Assembly: GCF_001465295.1 (NCBI RefSeq)
Contig: NZ_CP011034.1
Coordinates: 1,560,001-1,592,000, forward strand
Source: Pseudoalteromonas translucida KMM 520
Lineage (GTDB): Bacteria > Pseudomonadota > Gammaproteobacteria > Enterobacterales > Alteromonadaceae
DNA: 32,000 nucleotides
Direction: 5' to 3'
A model generated the notes under the pieces. The model ran no database searches. It was not told the origin of the DNA and saw only the letters and a list, made by a program, of their open reading frames with translations. This document shows, piece after piece, positions 18,765-26,643 of this stretch. Every line of letters begins with the position of its first letter. The first letter of the stretch is position 1. The translations under genes were made by a program, and so were the position numbers.

Positions 18765-18788
18765 GGGCTAAACTATTGTGTTTAGCCC
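18765..18788 (+). other. 9-bp GC-containing hairpin after secF (no U-tract)
   Basis: GGGCTAAAC-TATTGT-GTTTAGCCC. No T-run follows, so it is uncertain whether this is a terminator or an mRNA-stabilising element. Confidence 0.3.
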
Positions 18789-18839
18789 TCGTAGCAATGT
18801 TAAACTGCTCGCAATATTTTTACTGTATGTGTAAACCTC

Positions 18840-19316
18840 ATGAACAAAGCCCACGTTATTGAACACCTTAAGTTTGCCCTAGAGGCGCAGCTTACCACCG
18901 CAAAAGTGGCCGCTAAAACAGCACACGACACCGCCACGCACGAAGAAAACATAGCAGAAAATAAATACGATACTCTAGGGTTAGAGGCCGCTTATTTAGC
19001 CCAAGGCCAAGCGCAGCGCGTAAACGATTGCTATAAAAGCATGGAATTATTTAAGCCAATATTTAATCAGCCAGCCAGTAGTAAAATAGCCATTGGCTCG
19101 CTAGTGTGTCTAGAGGATACAAATGAGCAGCAAAAATGGTTTTATTTAGGCCCAAGCGCAGGCGGATTAACCGTAGAGGTTAAAGGTTTAACGATTGCCG
19201 TTGTAACCCCCGGCGCCCCCCTAGGTAAGCTGTTATTAAATAAACAACTCGATGATGGCATAAGTTTAACCATTGCCGATGTAAAGCACGATTATGACAT
19301 TGTAGAAATTTTATAA
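18840..19316 (+). CDS. GreA/GreB-family-like protein (Rnk-like, 158 aa)
   Basis: N-terminal helical region with ENKYDTLGLEAAYLAQGQAQR. The C-terminal beta-rich region (IAIGSLVCLED..., VVTPGAPLGKLLLNKQLDD) resembles the Gre C-terminal domain. This is recognition by recall only. Confidence 0.55.
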   Translation: MNKAHVIEHLKFALEAQLTTAKVAAKTAHDTATHEENIAENKYDTLGLEAAYLAQGQAQRVNDCYKSMELFKPIFNQPASSKIAIGSLVCLEDTNEQQKWFYLGPSAGGLTVEVKGLTIAVVTPGAPLGKLLLNKQLDDGISLTIADVKHDYDIVEIL

Positions 19317-19382
19317 AATATTGGTTGTAAGCAAAGCTCATTTAAAAAACCACAAAACTTATTTATTCCCCCTCATTTTATT

Positions 19383-19418
19383 GTCGGATGGCGTGGCTTC
19401 GTCACTTATCCGACCTAC
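19383..19418 (+). repeat. REP element A (GTCGGATGGCGTGGCTTCGTCACTTATCCGACCTAC)
   Basis: Imperfect palindrome with a terminal CTAC (GTAG on the other strand). The architecture is close to the enterobacterial REP/PU consensus. 35/36 identical to 21946..21981. Confidence 0.85.
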
Positions 19419-19434
19419 TTCAATGTTTTATTGT

Positions 19435-19463
19435 GATTGCTATAAAAGCATGGAATTATTTAA
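19435..19463 (+). repeat. 29-nt exact direct copy of coding sequence 19026..19054 (GATTGCTATAAAAGCATGGAATTATTTAA)
   Basis: Identity read directly. It lies in the 47-nt spacer between REP A and REP B, and it explains the CYKSMELFK peptide shared by two track ORFs. Confidence 0.9.
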
Positions 19464-19465
19464 AC

Positions 19466-19495
19466 GTAGGTCGGATAAGCGAAGCGCCATCCGAC
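19466..19495 (-). repeat. REP element B (GTAGGTCGGATAAGCGAAGCGCCATCCGAC), inverted relative to A
   Basis: Reverse complement of the A-type stem with a shorter loop. With its flank (19453..19494) it is 39/42 identical to 21857..21898. Confidence 0.85.
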
Positions 19496-19892
19496 AAAAA
19501 GCACCATCACGATAATATTTTGCAGGATAATTAAGCAGACACCCATCTTAATATTTGCAATTTCAGCATGCCGGGTTCAAACATGAAGTGGATGTCATGT
19601 TAAAGATTATGTTAAATATTTAAATCCCACATTAAATCTTTAATAAAACATTTATCATCATCGACTCTACTACCGATAAGTTGTATTACACGCTATACCT
19701 ACTACACTTATCAATCGAAAGCATCAATACATACAGGGAGCAACTCTGGTTTACATCGACGTACATCGGCGGTTCAGAATGTGACTGATGTTAAGTTGTA
19801 ACTATCATCGGTAGAGGCTTACATTAAGACTCTGTCGTTATTTATTTTACTGAAGATGCGTCCAACCAGGTACGCATAAAAGGAAAGAGATT

Positions 19893-20333
19893 ATGACCAG
19901 TTCTTATACAGGTGGCTGCGAACACGTTCATATTAAAGCTAAAGCTGAGCCAATCGATAATCATGTTTGTCACTGTAATGTTTGTAAGGGCGTGACAGGC
20001 CAGCAGAGTACGCATGTGGCGTTCTTCAAATACACAGATCTGTCTGCCGATCACCCTGAAAAAATAAAGCGTCAGCCGTTCAATAAGGACAACCCAGAAG
20101 GACCACTTGAGCTTTGTAGCTGTACTGATTGTGGCGCTGCACTAATGCTTGATGATAAACAGAAACGCATTCGTGTTGCCGTGCCAAATGTTATGGGTTA
20201 CAAAGAAGCAACGTTTCCTAAGGCCACATATCACGCATTCTACGACACATCAAAGGGCTACCCCAAACCATCCGACGGTCGTCCGGTTTATGAAGGGTTG
20301 CGTCCTGAATTCGCTTGGCCTGAACCTGCTTAA
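19893..20333 (+). CDS. GFA-family protein (glutathione-dependent formaldehyde-activating / CENP-V-like Zn-binding fold)
   Basis: Diagnostic Cys clusters CHCNVCKGVTG and CSCTDCGAAL. AAAGGAAAGAG RBS upstream of the ATG. Confidence 0.75.
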   Translation: MTSSYTGGCEHVHIKAKAEPIDNHVCHCNVCKGVTGQQSTHVAFFKYTDLSADHPEKIKRQPFNKDNPEGPLELCSCTDCGAALMLDDKQKRIRVAVPNVMGYKEATFPKATYHAFYDTSKGYPKPSDGRPVYEGLRPEFAWPEPA

Positions 20334-20630
20334 TCGGATGCTTTTATACTCGAACAGGAGAGGTTAACCAATCAACCCTACTATTGACCTTGGCATCATT
20401 ATAGCGAACCGTATAACAATTTCACGGCTTGGTATTACAGTTTTCGATACATGAAGGTAGTGGTGCCCGTTTTTTGCAGTAACTGATTTGGTAGGTATTA
20501 CATCAGGGATATACGCGATCTCTTTAAATAACCGAAAAAGGGGGGCCACCCATTAGAAAGTTCCGGTCAAGCAGGCAGCTGCGTTTTCTTGAACTTTTAT
20601 TTAAAAGCTAAGAGTTCTTACTTTTTAAAC

Positions 20631-21063
20631 TCAATTTAAATATGACTGTGCGTTCAGTAATAATAAGTTTTTAGTGGGCTGTTGGACAATATCCATCCGT
20701 TTACGCATTAAGTCACTAACAGCTCTAAGCTTGCGTGGATATATGTAATTTTCAGGGAGTATATTTAAGCGTAACATTTCACCCAACCAGCGGACATCAC
20801 TATGATCGTCAGCATGTTTTAAGCCTGAATATTGTTGGATTGCAGCGAGATTCGCTAAATATATTTTAAACTTTGCATCCATTAATGCATCAACGAGCCT
20901 ATACCAATTAAATGTTGATTCAACAACAATTTCTGTTAGCTTGTCTTTATAGGGGATAAAAAAGACAAAATGACAGACACGTCATTATTTAAACGCGTTG
21001 CTCATTAATGATAGCAATAACATTATTATTTGAATGTAAGTCAATTCCACCATATAGCTTCAT
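20631..21063 (-). pseudogene. IS110-family transposase remnant (N-terminal DEDD/RuvC-like domain only, frameshifted and truncated)
   Basis: The - strand ATG at 21063 reads MKLYGGIDLHSNNNVIAIINEQRV then a stop. A shifted frame resumes PYKDKLTEIVVESTFNWYRLVDALMDAKFKIYLANLAAIQQYSGLKHADDHSD...LRLNILPENYIYP. The gene ends after about 140 of the expected ~340 aa. Confidence 0.75.
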
Positions 21064-21869
21064 ACTAAGCTCCTCGATATACTGTTTATGTTTTGCTCAA
21101 CACAACTGTATTGAAAAACACTAGGAGCTTTCTATATGGTTATAAATATTTAACTTTTGTAAATTAGAGTGTTGAAAGCACACAGACTTTATCTTATCTA
21201 TGAGAAACGTTTAAGGCAGCGAACTCTAATAGCGCATTTTACATTCCTACTCTTATTGGTCAAAAATTAAAATGTCAGAGAGCGTTTTAGATTGGAATAC
21301 ATCAATAAATGAGATCAAGATATAGAAACGGTGCTTTGGGCATCTAGGCTTAATTATAAAATTAGATCAAGTATTATGGGTTGCATCTCATCTGGAGTTC
21401 ATAAATGAAAAGCAGACACCGCGACCTGGATGTGTAGTTTTTGAAGATGATAGTTTATTGGCTGTCACAGCACTAGACGGAATAGTCTGTATACATAAGC
21501 GCTCAATGTTCTCTTTGCCTGTATAATAGAAACTAAGAAACGAGAGATTTGCTAGAGTGAAACTTTGTTATATTGGAACTCGGTCATAATTTTTGTGTTA
21601 AGCTAAAAATTAAATATCTAAAACACAGTCTAATTACTCTTCAAAATAGATGATTAACCGCGTCAATGTCTGGAACCAATTATGTATAGGCATTGTCTAG
21701 TTTTTTGTAGCCTTTAATATATTATTATAAAATTTTAGCAGGTTGTTTTCATTTGGAAACCCGCCCGCCTTTGGTTTTTGTTAATTTTCGAAATTTTCAG
21801 GGCTTAGGTTCAATCGCTTCATAAACATCCTTTAAATTTACACACCGCGATTATCTGAATCGTTTAAAT

Positions 21870-21898
21870 GTAGGTCGGATAAGCGAAGCGCCATCCGA
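21870..21898 (-). repeat. REP element C (same type and orientation as B)
   Basis: GTAGGTCGGATAAGCGAAGCGCCATCCGA, 29/29 identical to B. The similarity extends 13 nt upstream (GAATNNTTTAAAN). Confidence 0.85.
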
Positions 21899-21945
21899 AG
21901 AGCCAAGTTAAGGTTATAAACTCTTACCGTACCCATAAATTATGT

Positions 21946-21981
21946 GTCGGATGGCGTGGCTTCGTCACTTATCCGACCTGC
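21946..21981 (+). repeat. REP element D (same type and orientation as A)
   Basis: GTCGGATGGCGTGGCTTCGTCACTTATCCGACCTGC, with one change (CTGC for CTAC). It is separated from C by 47 nt, the same spacer length as A-B. Confidence 0.85.
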
Positions 21982-22075
21982 ATCAATAATTTTCATCTTC
22001 ACGCTAAAAATATCTCGTTTGTTAGTTTATCAAAAAGGCCTTATAAAGCAGATGTGGTTTAGGATTACCTAAACT

Positions 22076-22140
22076 AAAGCACCCATCTTATTAAGTGACA
22101 CGCGCAATGCACCACTTAGTACGATGGGTGTTTCTATTTT
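22076..22140 (+). terminator. large compound hairpin with T-rich tail (insulating terminator or leader structure)
   Basis: Outer stem CACCCATC (22080..22087) / GATGGGTG (22123..22130), extendable to 11 bp. Inner stem TAAGTG / CACTTA. Followed by TTTCTATTTTT. Confidence 0.4.
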
Positions 22141-22142
22141 TA

Positions 22143-22179
22143 ATGCTTAATTATAAAAAATTAAGCATGCTTTTATAAT
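22143..22179 (+). promoter_or_regulatory. 10-bp inverted repeat ATGCTTAATT-N6-AATTAAGCAT followed by a perfect TATAAT
   Basis: IR arms at 22143..22152 and 22159..22168. TATAAT at 22174..22179, 22 nt upstream of the GTG start at 22201. The IR covers the expected -35/spacer. AGGA RBS at 22191. Confidence 0.35.
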
Positions 22180-22200
22180 TAGACTTAACTAGGAAAAGTC

Positions 22201-23595
22201 GTGTTTAAAACCTTAATTGTGGTTGATAACAACGAGCAAACTCTTGCTCAATCATTCGAAAATGTTATTACGTTTAATACTTACCTACGTGACTATCCAA
22301 AACGTGATGAGCCTAAAACTCGCATTATTAACTTATGTGACTCAAGCCAATACTTGAGCAAAGGTTACTATTGCTCGCTACTCGCTGAGGCGCGTAAGCA
22401 CCAAGTATTACCAAGTGTAAAAACAATAAATGCGCTACGTAGCGGCCAAGCACCTATGCACAATGTTGGCCAAATAGATGGCGCTCTATACTTTGGTAAT
22501 GCCACTAACGATGAGCAAACAAAAGCGGCTAAATCGGTATTTAAACAATACCCAGCGCCTATTTTATTTGTTGATAACCAAGGCTTATTACAACAAGGGT
22601 CGCTATCGTCATTAGATGAGCAACAGTACAGCGATTTTGTAGCTAAGTTGAATAACTTTACCCAAACGCAATGGCGTATTACTGCAGAGCGACGTCGTTT
22701 TCGATGGGATATGGCAATACTTGTTGATCACAATGAAAAGGTGCCACCAAGTGATAAAGACGCAATAGCAAAGTTTATTAAAGCAGCGGCTAAACATGGT
22801 ATTAATGCCCAAGCATTAAGCTTTGACGAAATAGATAATATAGCCCAGTTTGATGCGTTATTTATTCGTCAAACTACAGCAATTGATCATCCAACATATC
22901 GCCTTGCTAGCAAAGCACAAAGCTTAGGCTTAGTGGTTATTGACGATGCGGAGTCTATTTTACGTTGTTGTAATAAAGTGTATTTACACGATGCGTTTAA
23001 CTATCAAAAAGTACCAAGTTTAAAAACAGTGGTTGTGGCTGATCAGTCAAGCGACACCCTTGAGCAGTTAGAAGTCGCGTTTACCTACCCGTTAGTATTG
23101 AAAATGCCAGAAGGCTCGTTTTCAAAAGGGGTATATAAAGTAACAAACCGTGCTGAGCTGGAAGCTAAGTTAACTGAGCTATTTGAATTTAGCGCTTTAG
23201 TACTTGCACAAGAGTATATGTACACCGAATACGATTGGCGAGTAGGGGTATTAAATGGCCGTGCAATTTACGCGTGTCGTTACTTAATGGCGCGTAACCA
23301 TTGGCAAATTTATAACCACGATGCAAAACGATTTTTTTCGGGTGGCTTTGAAACATTGCCTACATTCGAATTACCAAAAGCGGTATTAGATGCAGCATTA
23401 AAAGCATGCAAAACAGTGGGTAAGGGTTTATATGGCGTTGATGTAAAAGAACATCAAGGGCGTGCTTACGTACTTGAAGTAAACGATAACCCTAGTATTG
23501 ATCATAAAGTAGAAGACGGCTATTTAGGCGACGAGCTTTATATGATCATTATGGATGAATTTAAACAACGCCTTGAAGCGAGGGGTCGTGGTTAA
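22201..23595 (+). CDS. RimK-type ATP-grasp amide ligase with N-terminal RLAN-like domain (464 aa)
   Basis: The C-terminal ~290 aa are RimK/ATP-grasp-like (YPLVLKMPEGSFSKGVYKV, LVLAQEYMYTEYDWRVGVLNG, GLYGVDVKEHQGRAYVLEVNDNPSID). They are preceded by a ~150-aa non-catalytic domain, as in RLAN-RimK proteins. GTG start. Confidence 0.85.
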   Translation: MFKTLIVVDNNEQTLAQSFENVITFNTYLRDYPKRDEPKTRIINLCDSSQYLSKGYYCSLLAEARKHQVLPSVKTINALRSGQAPMHNVGQIDGALYFGNATNDEQTKAAKSVFKQYPAPILFVDNQGLLQQGSLSSLDEQQYSDFVAKLNNFTQTQWRITAERRRFRWDMAILVDHNEKVPPSDKDAIAKFIKAAAKHGINAQALSFDEIDNIAQFDALFIRQTTAIDHPTYRLASKAQSLGLVVIDDAESILRCCNKVYLHDAFNYQKVPSLKTVVVADQSSDTLEQLEVAFTYPLVLKMPEGSFSKGVYKVTNRAELEAKLTELFEFSALVLAQEYMYTEYDWRVGVLNGRAIYACRYLMARNHWQIYNHDAKRFFSGGFETLPTFELPKAVLDAALKACKTVGKGLYGVDVKEHQGRAYVLEVNDNPSIDHKVEDGYLGDELYMIIMDEFKQRLEARGRG

Positions 23596-24752
23596 TGGCA
23601 AAAGCCATGGTTGAGAGTGTGGTTAATGAACAGGTTGAGCAAGTGGTTATTCGCCAAGCGCTTATCAGTGATTTAACTGCGCTCACTGCACTTGAAAATG
23701 CCTGCTTCAGTAACGACAAGCTTAGCCCGCGCAGTTTAAAGCGCTGGCTAAGTGCTAAGCACGGTATTTTATTAGTTGCCGAGCAAAATAATGCGTTATG
23801 CGGTTATGGCCTAATTTGGTGCCATAAAGGCACTCGCTTAGCGCGTCTTTATTCGCTTGCGGTGTTACCTACCATGCAAGGCAAAGGCATTGCTAAAATG
23901 CTACTTACAGCACTTGAAAAAGCCACCGCAGAGCGTGGGCGAATTTACCTGCGTTTAGAAGTCGCAGTAAATAACGACAGCGCAATTGGTTTGTATAAAA
24001 GCTTAGGTTATCGAGTGTTTGGTCAGTATAGCGATTATTACGACGATCACAGCGATGCGCTACGGATGCAAAAAAACATTCGTAAAACCAGTGAGCTGAA
24101 GTTAGCACGGTTAACACCCTGGTATCAGCAAACTACTGAGTTTACCTGTGGTCCTGCGGCGTTGCTAATGGCAATGGGGAGCTTAGATGCTAGCACTGAG
24201 CTGACTCAATCGCATGAGTTGTCGTTATGGCGAGAGGGCACTACTATTTTTATGACCTCAGGGCATGGCGGCTGTCATCCATTTGGTTTAGCACTGGCGG
24301 CACATAAACGTGGTTTTAACAGCGAGGTAATTGTTAATACCCTAGAGCCGTTGTTTTTAGATGGCGTGCGCAGTGAAAATAAAAAAGTAGTATTAGCAAC
24401 GGTACATCAGCAGTTTGTAAATGGCATAACCGCTGCCAATATACCGCTTAGTAATAAAGATGTTGAGCTTGAAGACATTGAGCGTTGGCTGAAGCAAAAT
24501 TTTAGCGTGTTGCTCTTAATCAGTACTTATCGGTTTGATGGTAAAAAATCGCCGCATTGGGTGTGCGTTACGCATTTAGATGAGCACTGTGTGTATGTTC
24601 ATGACCCGTTTTGTGAGCCAGGAAGTGATAGTCAATTGGCTATAGATTGCCAATATGTGCCTATTGCTCGCAGCGACTTTAGTAAAATGTCGGCGTTTGG
24701 TAGCCAACGCTTAAGAACAGCAGTGGCTATTGCTAAATCAAAAGATTGTTAA
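23595..24752 (+). CDS. GNAT N-acetyltransferase fused to a papain-like (peptidase C39-like) domain (385 aa)
   Basis: GNAT motif A: LAVLPTMQGKGIAKMLL...YLRLEV..N..AIGLYKSLGY. The C-terminal half carries a Cys/His/Asp set (EFTCGPAALLMAMG, SPHWVCVTH, VHDP). The start shares the A of the upstream TAA (TAATG), indicating coupling. Confidence 0.8.
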   Translation: MAKAMVESVVNEQVEQVVIRQALISDLTALTALENACFSNDKLSPRSLKRWLSAKHGILLVAEQNNALCGYGLIWCHKGTRLARLYSLAVLPTMQGKGIAKMLLTALEKATAERGRIYLRLEVAVNNDSAIGLYKSLGYRVFGQYSDYYDDHSDALRMQKNIRKTSELKLARLTPWYQQTTEFTCGPAALLMAMGSLDASTELTQSHELSLWREGTTIFMTSGHGGCHPFGLALAAHKRGFNSEVIVNTLEPLFLDGVRSENKKVVLATVHQQFVNGITAANIPLSNKDVELEDIERWLKQNFSVLLLISTYRFDGKKSPHWVCVTHLDEHCVYVHDPFCEPGSDSQLAIDCQYVPIARSDFSKMSAFGSQRLRTAVAIAKSKDC

Positions 24753-24794
24753 TATAAAATAAAATTATTCATATATGAATAACGAGGAAATTAC

Positions 24795-25310
24795 GTGTTT
24801 TTACCTGATTTATTTGATGTAGCTCCGTACTCATGGGCTGCAATTGGTACGGCGGCATTTTGTGGCGCTATTATTGGTATTGAGCGCCAATTACGTGGCA
24901 AACCTGTGGGTATTCGTACTTCTGCGTTAATTACTTTAGGTACCTATTTATTTTTATCGACTGCGTTTAATTTACAAGGCGATGTAATTGACCACTCTCG
25001 CGTAGTGGGGCAAATAATTACTGGTATTGGTTTTTTGGGCGCAGGCGTAATGCTAGCTAAAGACGGCGCAGTGGTAGGAGTAACATCGGCAGCAACCATT
25101 TGGGTGTTGGCATCTATTGGTGTAATGATAGCCACCGAAAACTTGGGCGCAGCTATTAAGCTTTCTGTGCTGGTGGTCGGTATTTTATACGGTGTTGATG
25201 TGCTTGAAGCTAAGTTTAAAAGCTTAAGTAAAGGCGTGCACACTAAAGTTAAAATTTATTCAAAACGCTATTATCGCAAAAGCGAAAATGAAACAGAGCG
25301 CCACTTATAA
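24795..25310 (+). CDS. MgtC/SapB-family membrane protein (N-terminal membrane domain type, 171 aa)
   Basis: GIERQLRGKPVGIRT and ITGIGFLGAGVM motifs. GTG start with a GAGGA RBS. It begins 42 nt after the GNAT-peptidase gene and is followed by a terminator. Confidence 0.8.
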   Translation: MFLPDLFDVAPYSWAAIGTAAFCGAIIGIERQLRGKPVGIRTSALITLGTYLFLSTAFNLQGDVIDHSRVVGQIITGIGFLGAGVMLAKDGAVVGVTSAATIWVLASIGVMIATENLGAAIKLSVLVVGILYGVDVLEAKFKSLSKGVHTKVKIYSKRYYRKSENETERHL

Positions 25311-25323
25311 AGTGGCGTTTTTA
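25299..25323 (+). terminator. Rho-independent terminator closing the three-gene operon
   Basis: CGCCACTT-ATA-AAGTGGCG followed by TTTTTAT. It overlaps the stop codon and may also serve the convergent EAL gene. Confidence 0.7.
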
Positions 25324-25338
25324 TAATTAAGTTTATAA

Positions 25339-26574
25339 CTAACTTAAAACTAATTTTTGATGCACTAAAGCATCGCAAAGTGCTTGTGGGCGGCCTAAAT
25401 AATAGCCCTGAACCTTGTCGACATTTAGTGTGCGTAGGGTGTTTATTTCTTCTAGTGTTTCTATGCCTTCGGCAATAATATTACAGCCAATATCTTTAGC
25501 AAATCCGCATAATGCTTTAGCTAATAAATATTTTCGACGATCGCTATTAATGTTTCGGGTAAGGCTAATATCAAGTTTAATAATATCTGCTTGTAGCTCC
25601 AAAATATGCTGAAAAGAAGAATACCCCGCACCAACATCATCTATAGCTAAGCGTATGCCTTTTTTACGCAGCGGCGCGAGTGCCGTTAACATTTCATGGT
25701 AGTTGGCAATAGGAGAGTGTTCGGTTATCTCCAGTACTATATTACTGCAATCAGAAATAGCAGCTAATGCATTAGCAACGGCACCACTTAGTATATGCTC
25801 TGGTGAGGTGTTAATTGACACATACACATCTTTATTAAAATGACTCATATTGCCTAAAACATTGTTAATTGCCAACATTTCTAGGGCTTCACCTAAACCA
25901 AACTGTGCAGCTTCATCAAACCAAATGTTAGGTGTTCTGTAGGGCTCAACAAAAAAGCGAGACAAGGATTCGTAACCCGAAATTTTATTTGTGCTTAAGC
26001 TATATATAGGCTGGTAGTAAATTTCAATATTGTTTGTGTTTATAATATTAAGTACGTTAGATTTAATACGTTGCTTTGCTTCGTTGTTTTGTATTTGCGT
26101 ATCAATAAGCTGCGAAGCCAGATCTGAAATTAAATTTAAAAATGCCAGATCACGTTTGTTTAATGTGTCGTCTTTTTGTTCGTTGTAGCAACAAAATGTG
26201 CCGTAAATATCGCCGTTGGATAAGGTAATTGGCACCCCAATATAAGCACCAATATTAAGCTTTTTAGTAACCGGCATATCGCGGGTTATACTATTTTTAC
26301 TGGTGTCAGGTATTATATTATCTAGTTCATTATTGGCTAATTTATTACAGTAGGTTTCATTTATGGGATCAAAATTACCTACTTTTACAATATCGTTAGG
26401 GCGTTTGGTATCAACTAATTTAAATATACGTTTAGAGTCTGTAAACTCAGAAATAAAAGCAACGTCCATATCAAGGTGCTTACGAATAAGTGCTAGCAAC
26501 CGAGTTAGTCTAGTGTTGAGATCAGTCTCTGTTTCAAGATCTAATAGTAAATTTTCACTAAAATTTACATGCAT
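25339..26574 (-). CDS. GAF-domain / EAL-domain protein (probable c-di-GMP phosphodiesterase)
   Basis: The N-terminal ~160 aa are GAF-like. The EAL domain has ESLSR (EAL-motif variant), INTS, LEITE, AIDDVGAGYSS, IKLD, IAEGIET and VQGYYLGRP, so the catalytic residue set appears complete. Confidence 0.8.
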   Translation of the reverse strand: MHVNFSENLLLDLETETDLNTRLTRLLALIRKHLDMDVAFISEFTDSKRIFKLVDTKRPNDIVKVGNFDPINETYCNKLANNELDNIIPDTSKNSITRDMPVTKKLNIGAYIGVPITLSNGDIYGTFCCYNEQKDDTLNKRDLAFLNLISDLASQLIDTQIQNNEAKQRIKSNVLNIINTNNIEIYYQPIYSLSTNKISGYESLSRFFVEPYRTPNIWFDEAAQFGLGEALEMLAINNVLGNMSHFNKDVYVSINTSPEHILSGAVANALAAISDCSNIVLEITEHSPIANYHEMLTALAPLRKKGIRLAIDDVGAGYSSFQHILELQADIIKLDISLTRNINSDRRKYLLAKALCGFAKDIGCNIIAEGIETLEEINTLRTLNVDKVQGYYLGRPQALCDALVHQKLVLS

Positions 26575-26643
26575 ATTTCCAACTTCCTTGTGTTTTAGTT
26601 AATGGTTTATATTATTATAGTAGGCTGGCTTGTTTTTAAAGTA

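Noticed and set aside
19321-19515. Track ORF of 64 aa sharing the peptide CYKSMELFK with the upstream GreA/B-like protein
   Set aside because: It runs straight through REP A, the spacer and REP B. The peptide similarity is simply the 29-nt nucleotide duplication. There is no RBS and no coding-like composition, so I treated it as non-coding repeat DNA.
20364-20549. 61-aa - strand ORF between the GFA gene and the IS110 remnant, considered as the missing transposase C-terminus
   Set aside because: The translation (…KEIAYIPDVIPTKSVTAKNGHHYLHVSK…) shows none of the IS110 C-terminal motifs I know. It has no RBS. It is most likely decayed sequence.
21326-21523. 66-codon open frame on the + strand (…WVASHLEFINEKQTPRPGCVVFEDDSLLAVTALDGIVCIHK…) inside the islet
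   Set aside because: It has no ATG or GTG and no usable start near its 5' end, and no family was recognised. It is probably a gene fragment, and I did not call it as a feature.
19383-21981. A CRISPR array as an explanation for the repeated ~30-36 nt palindromic units
   Set aside because: There are only four units, in alternating orientation as two doublets, without regular repeat-spacer periodicity and with no cas genes. The sequence architecture (GTAG tail, imperfect palindrome) is REP-like.
19541-22091. Shared 11-mer CACCCATCTTA just inside the islet's left end (about 19545) and right of REP D (22080), considered as a second att-like repeat
   Set aside because: Exact 11-mers are expected many times by chance among all position pairs in a 32-kb AT-rich window, and the flanks do not align.
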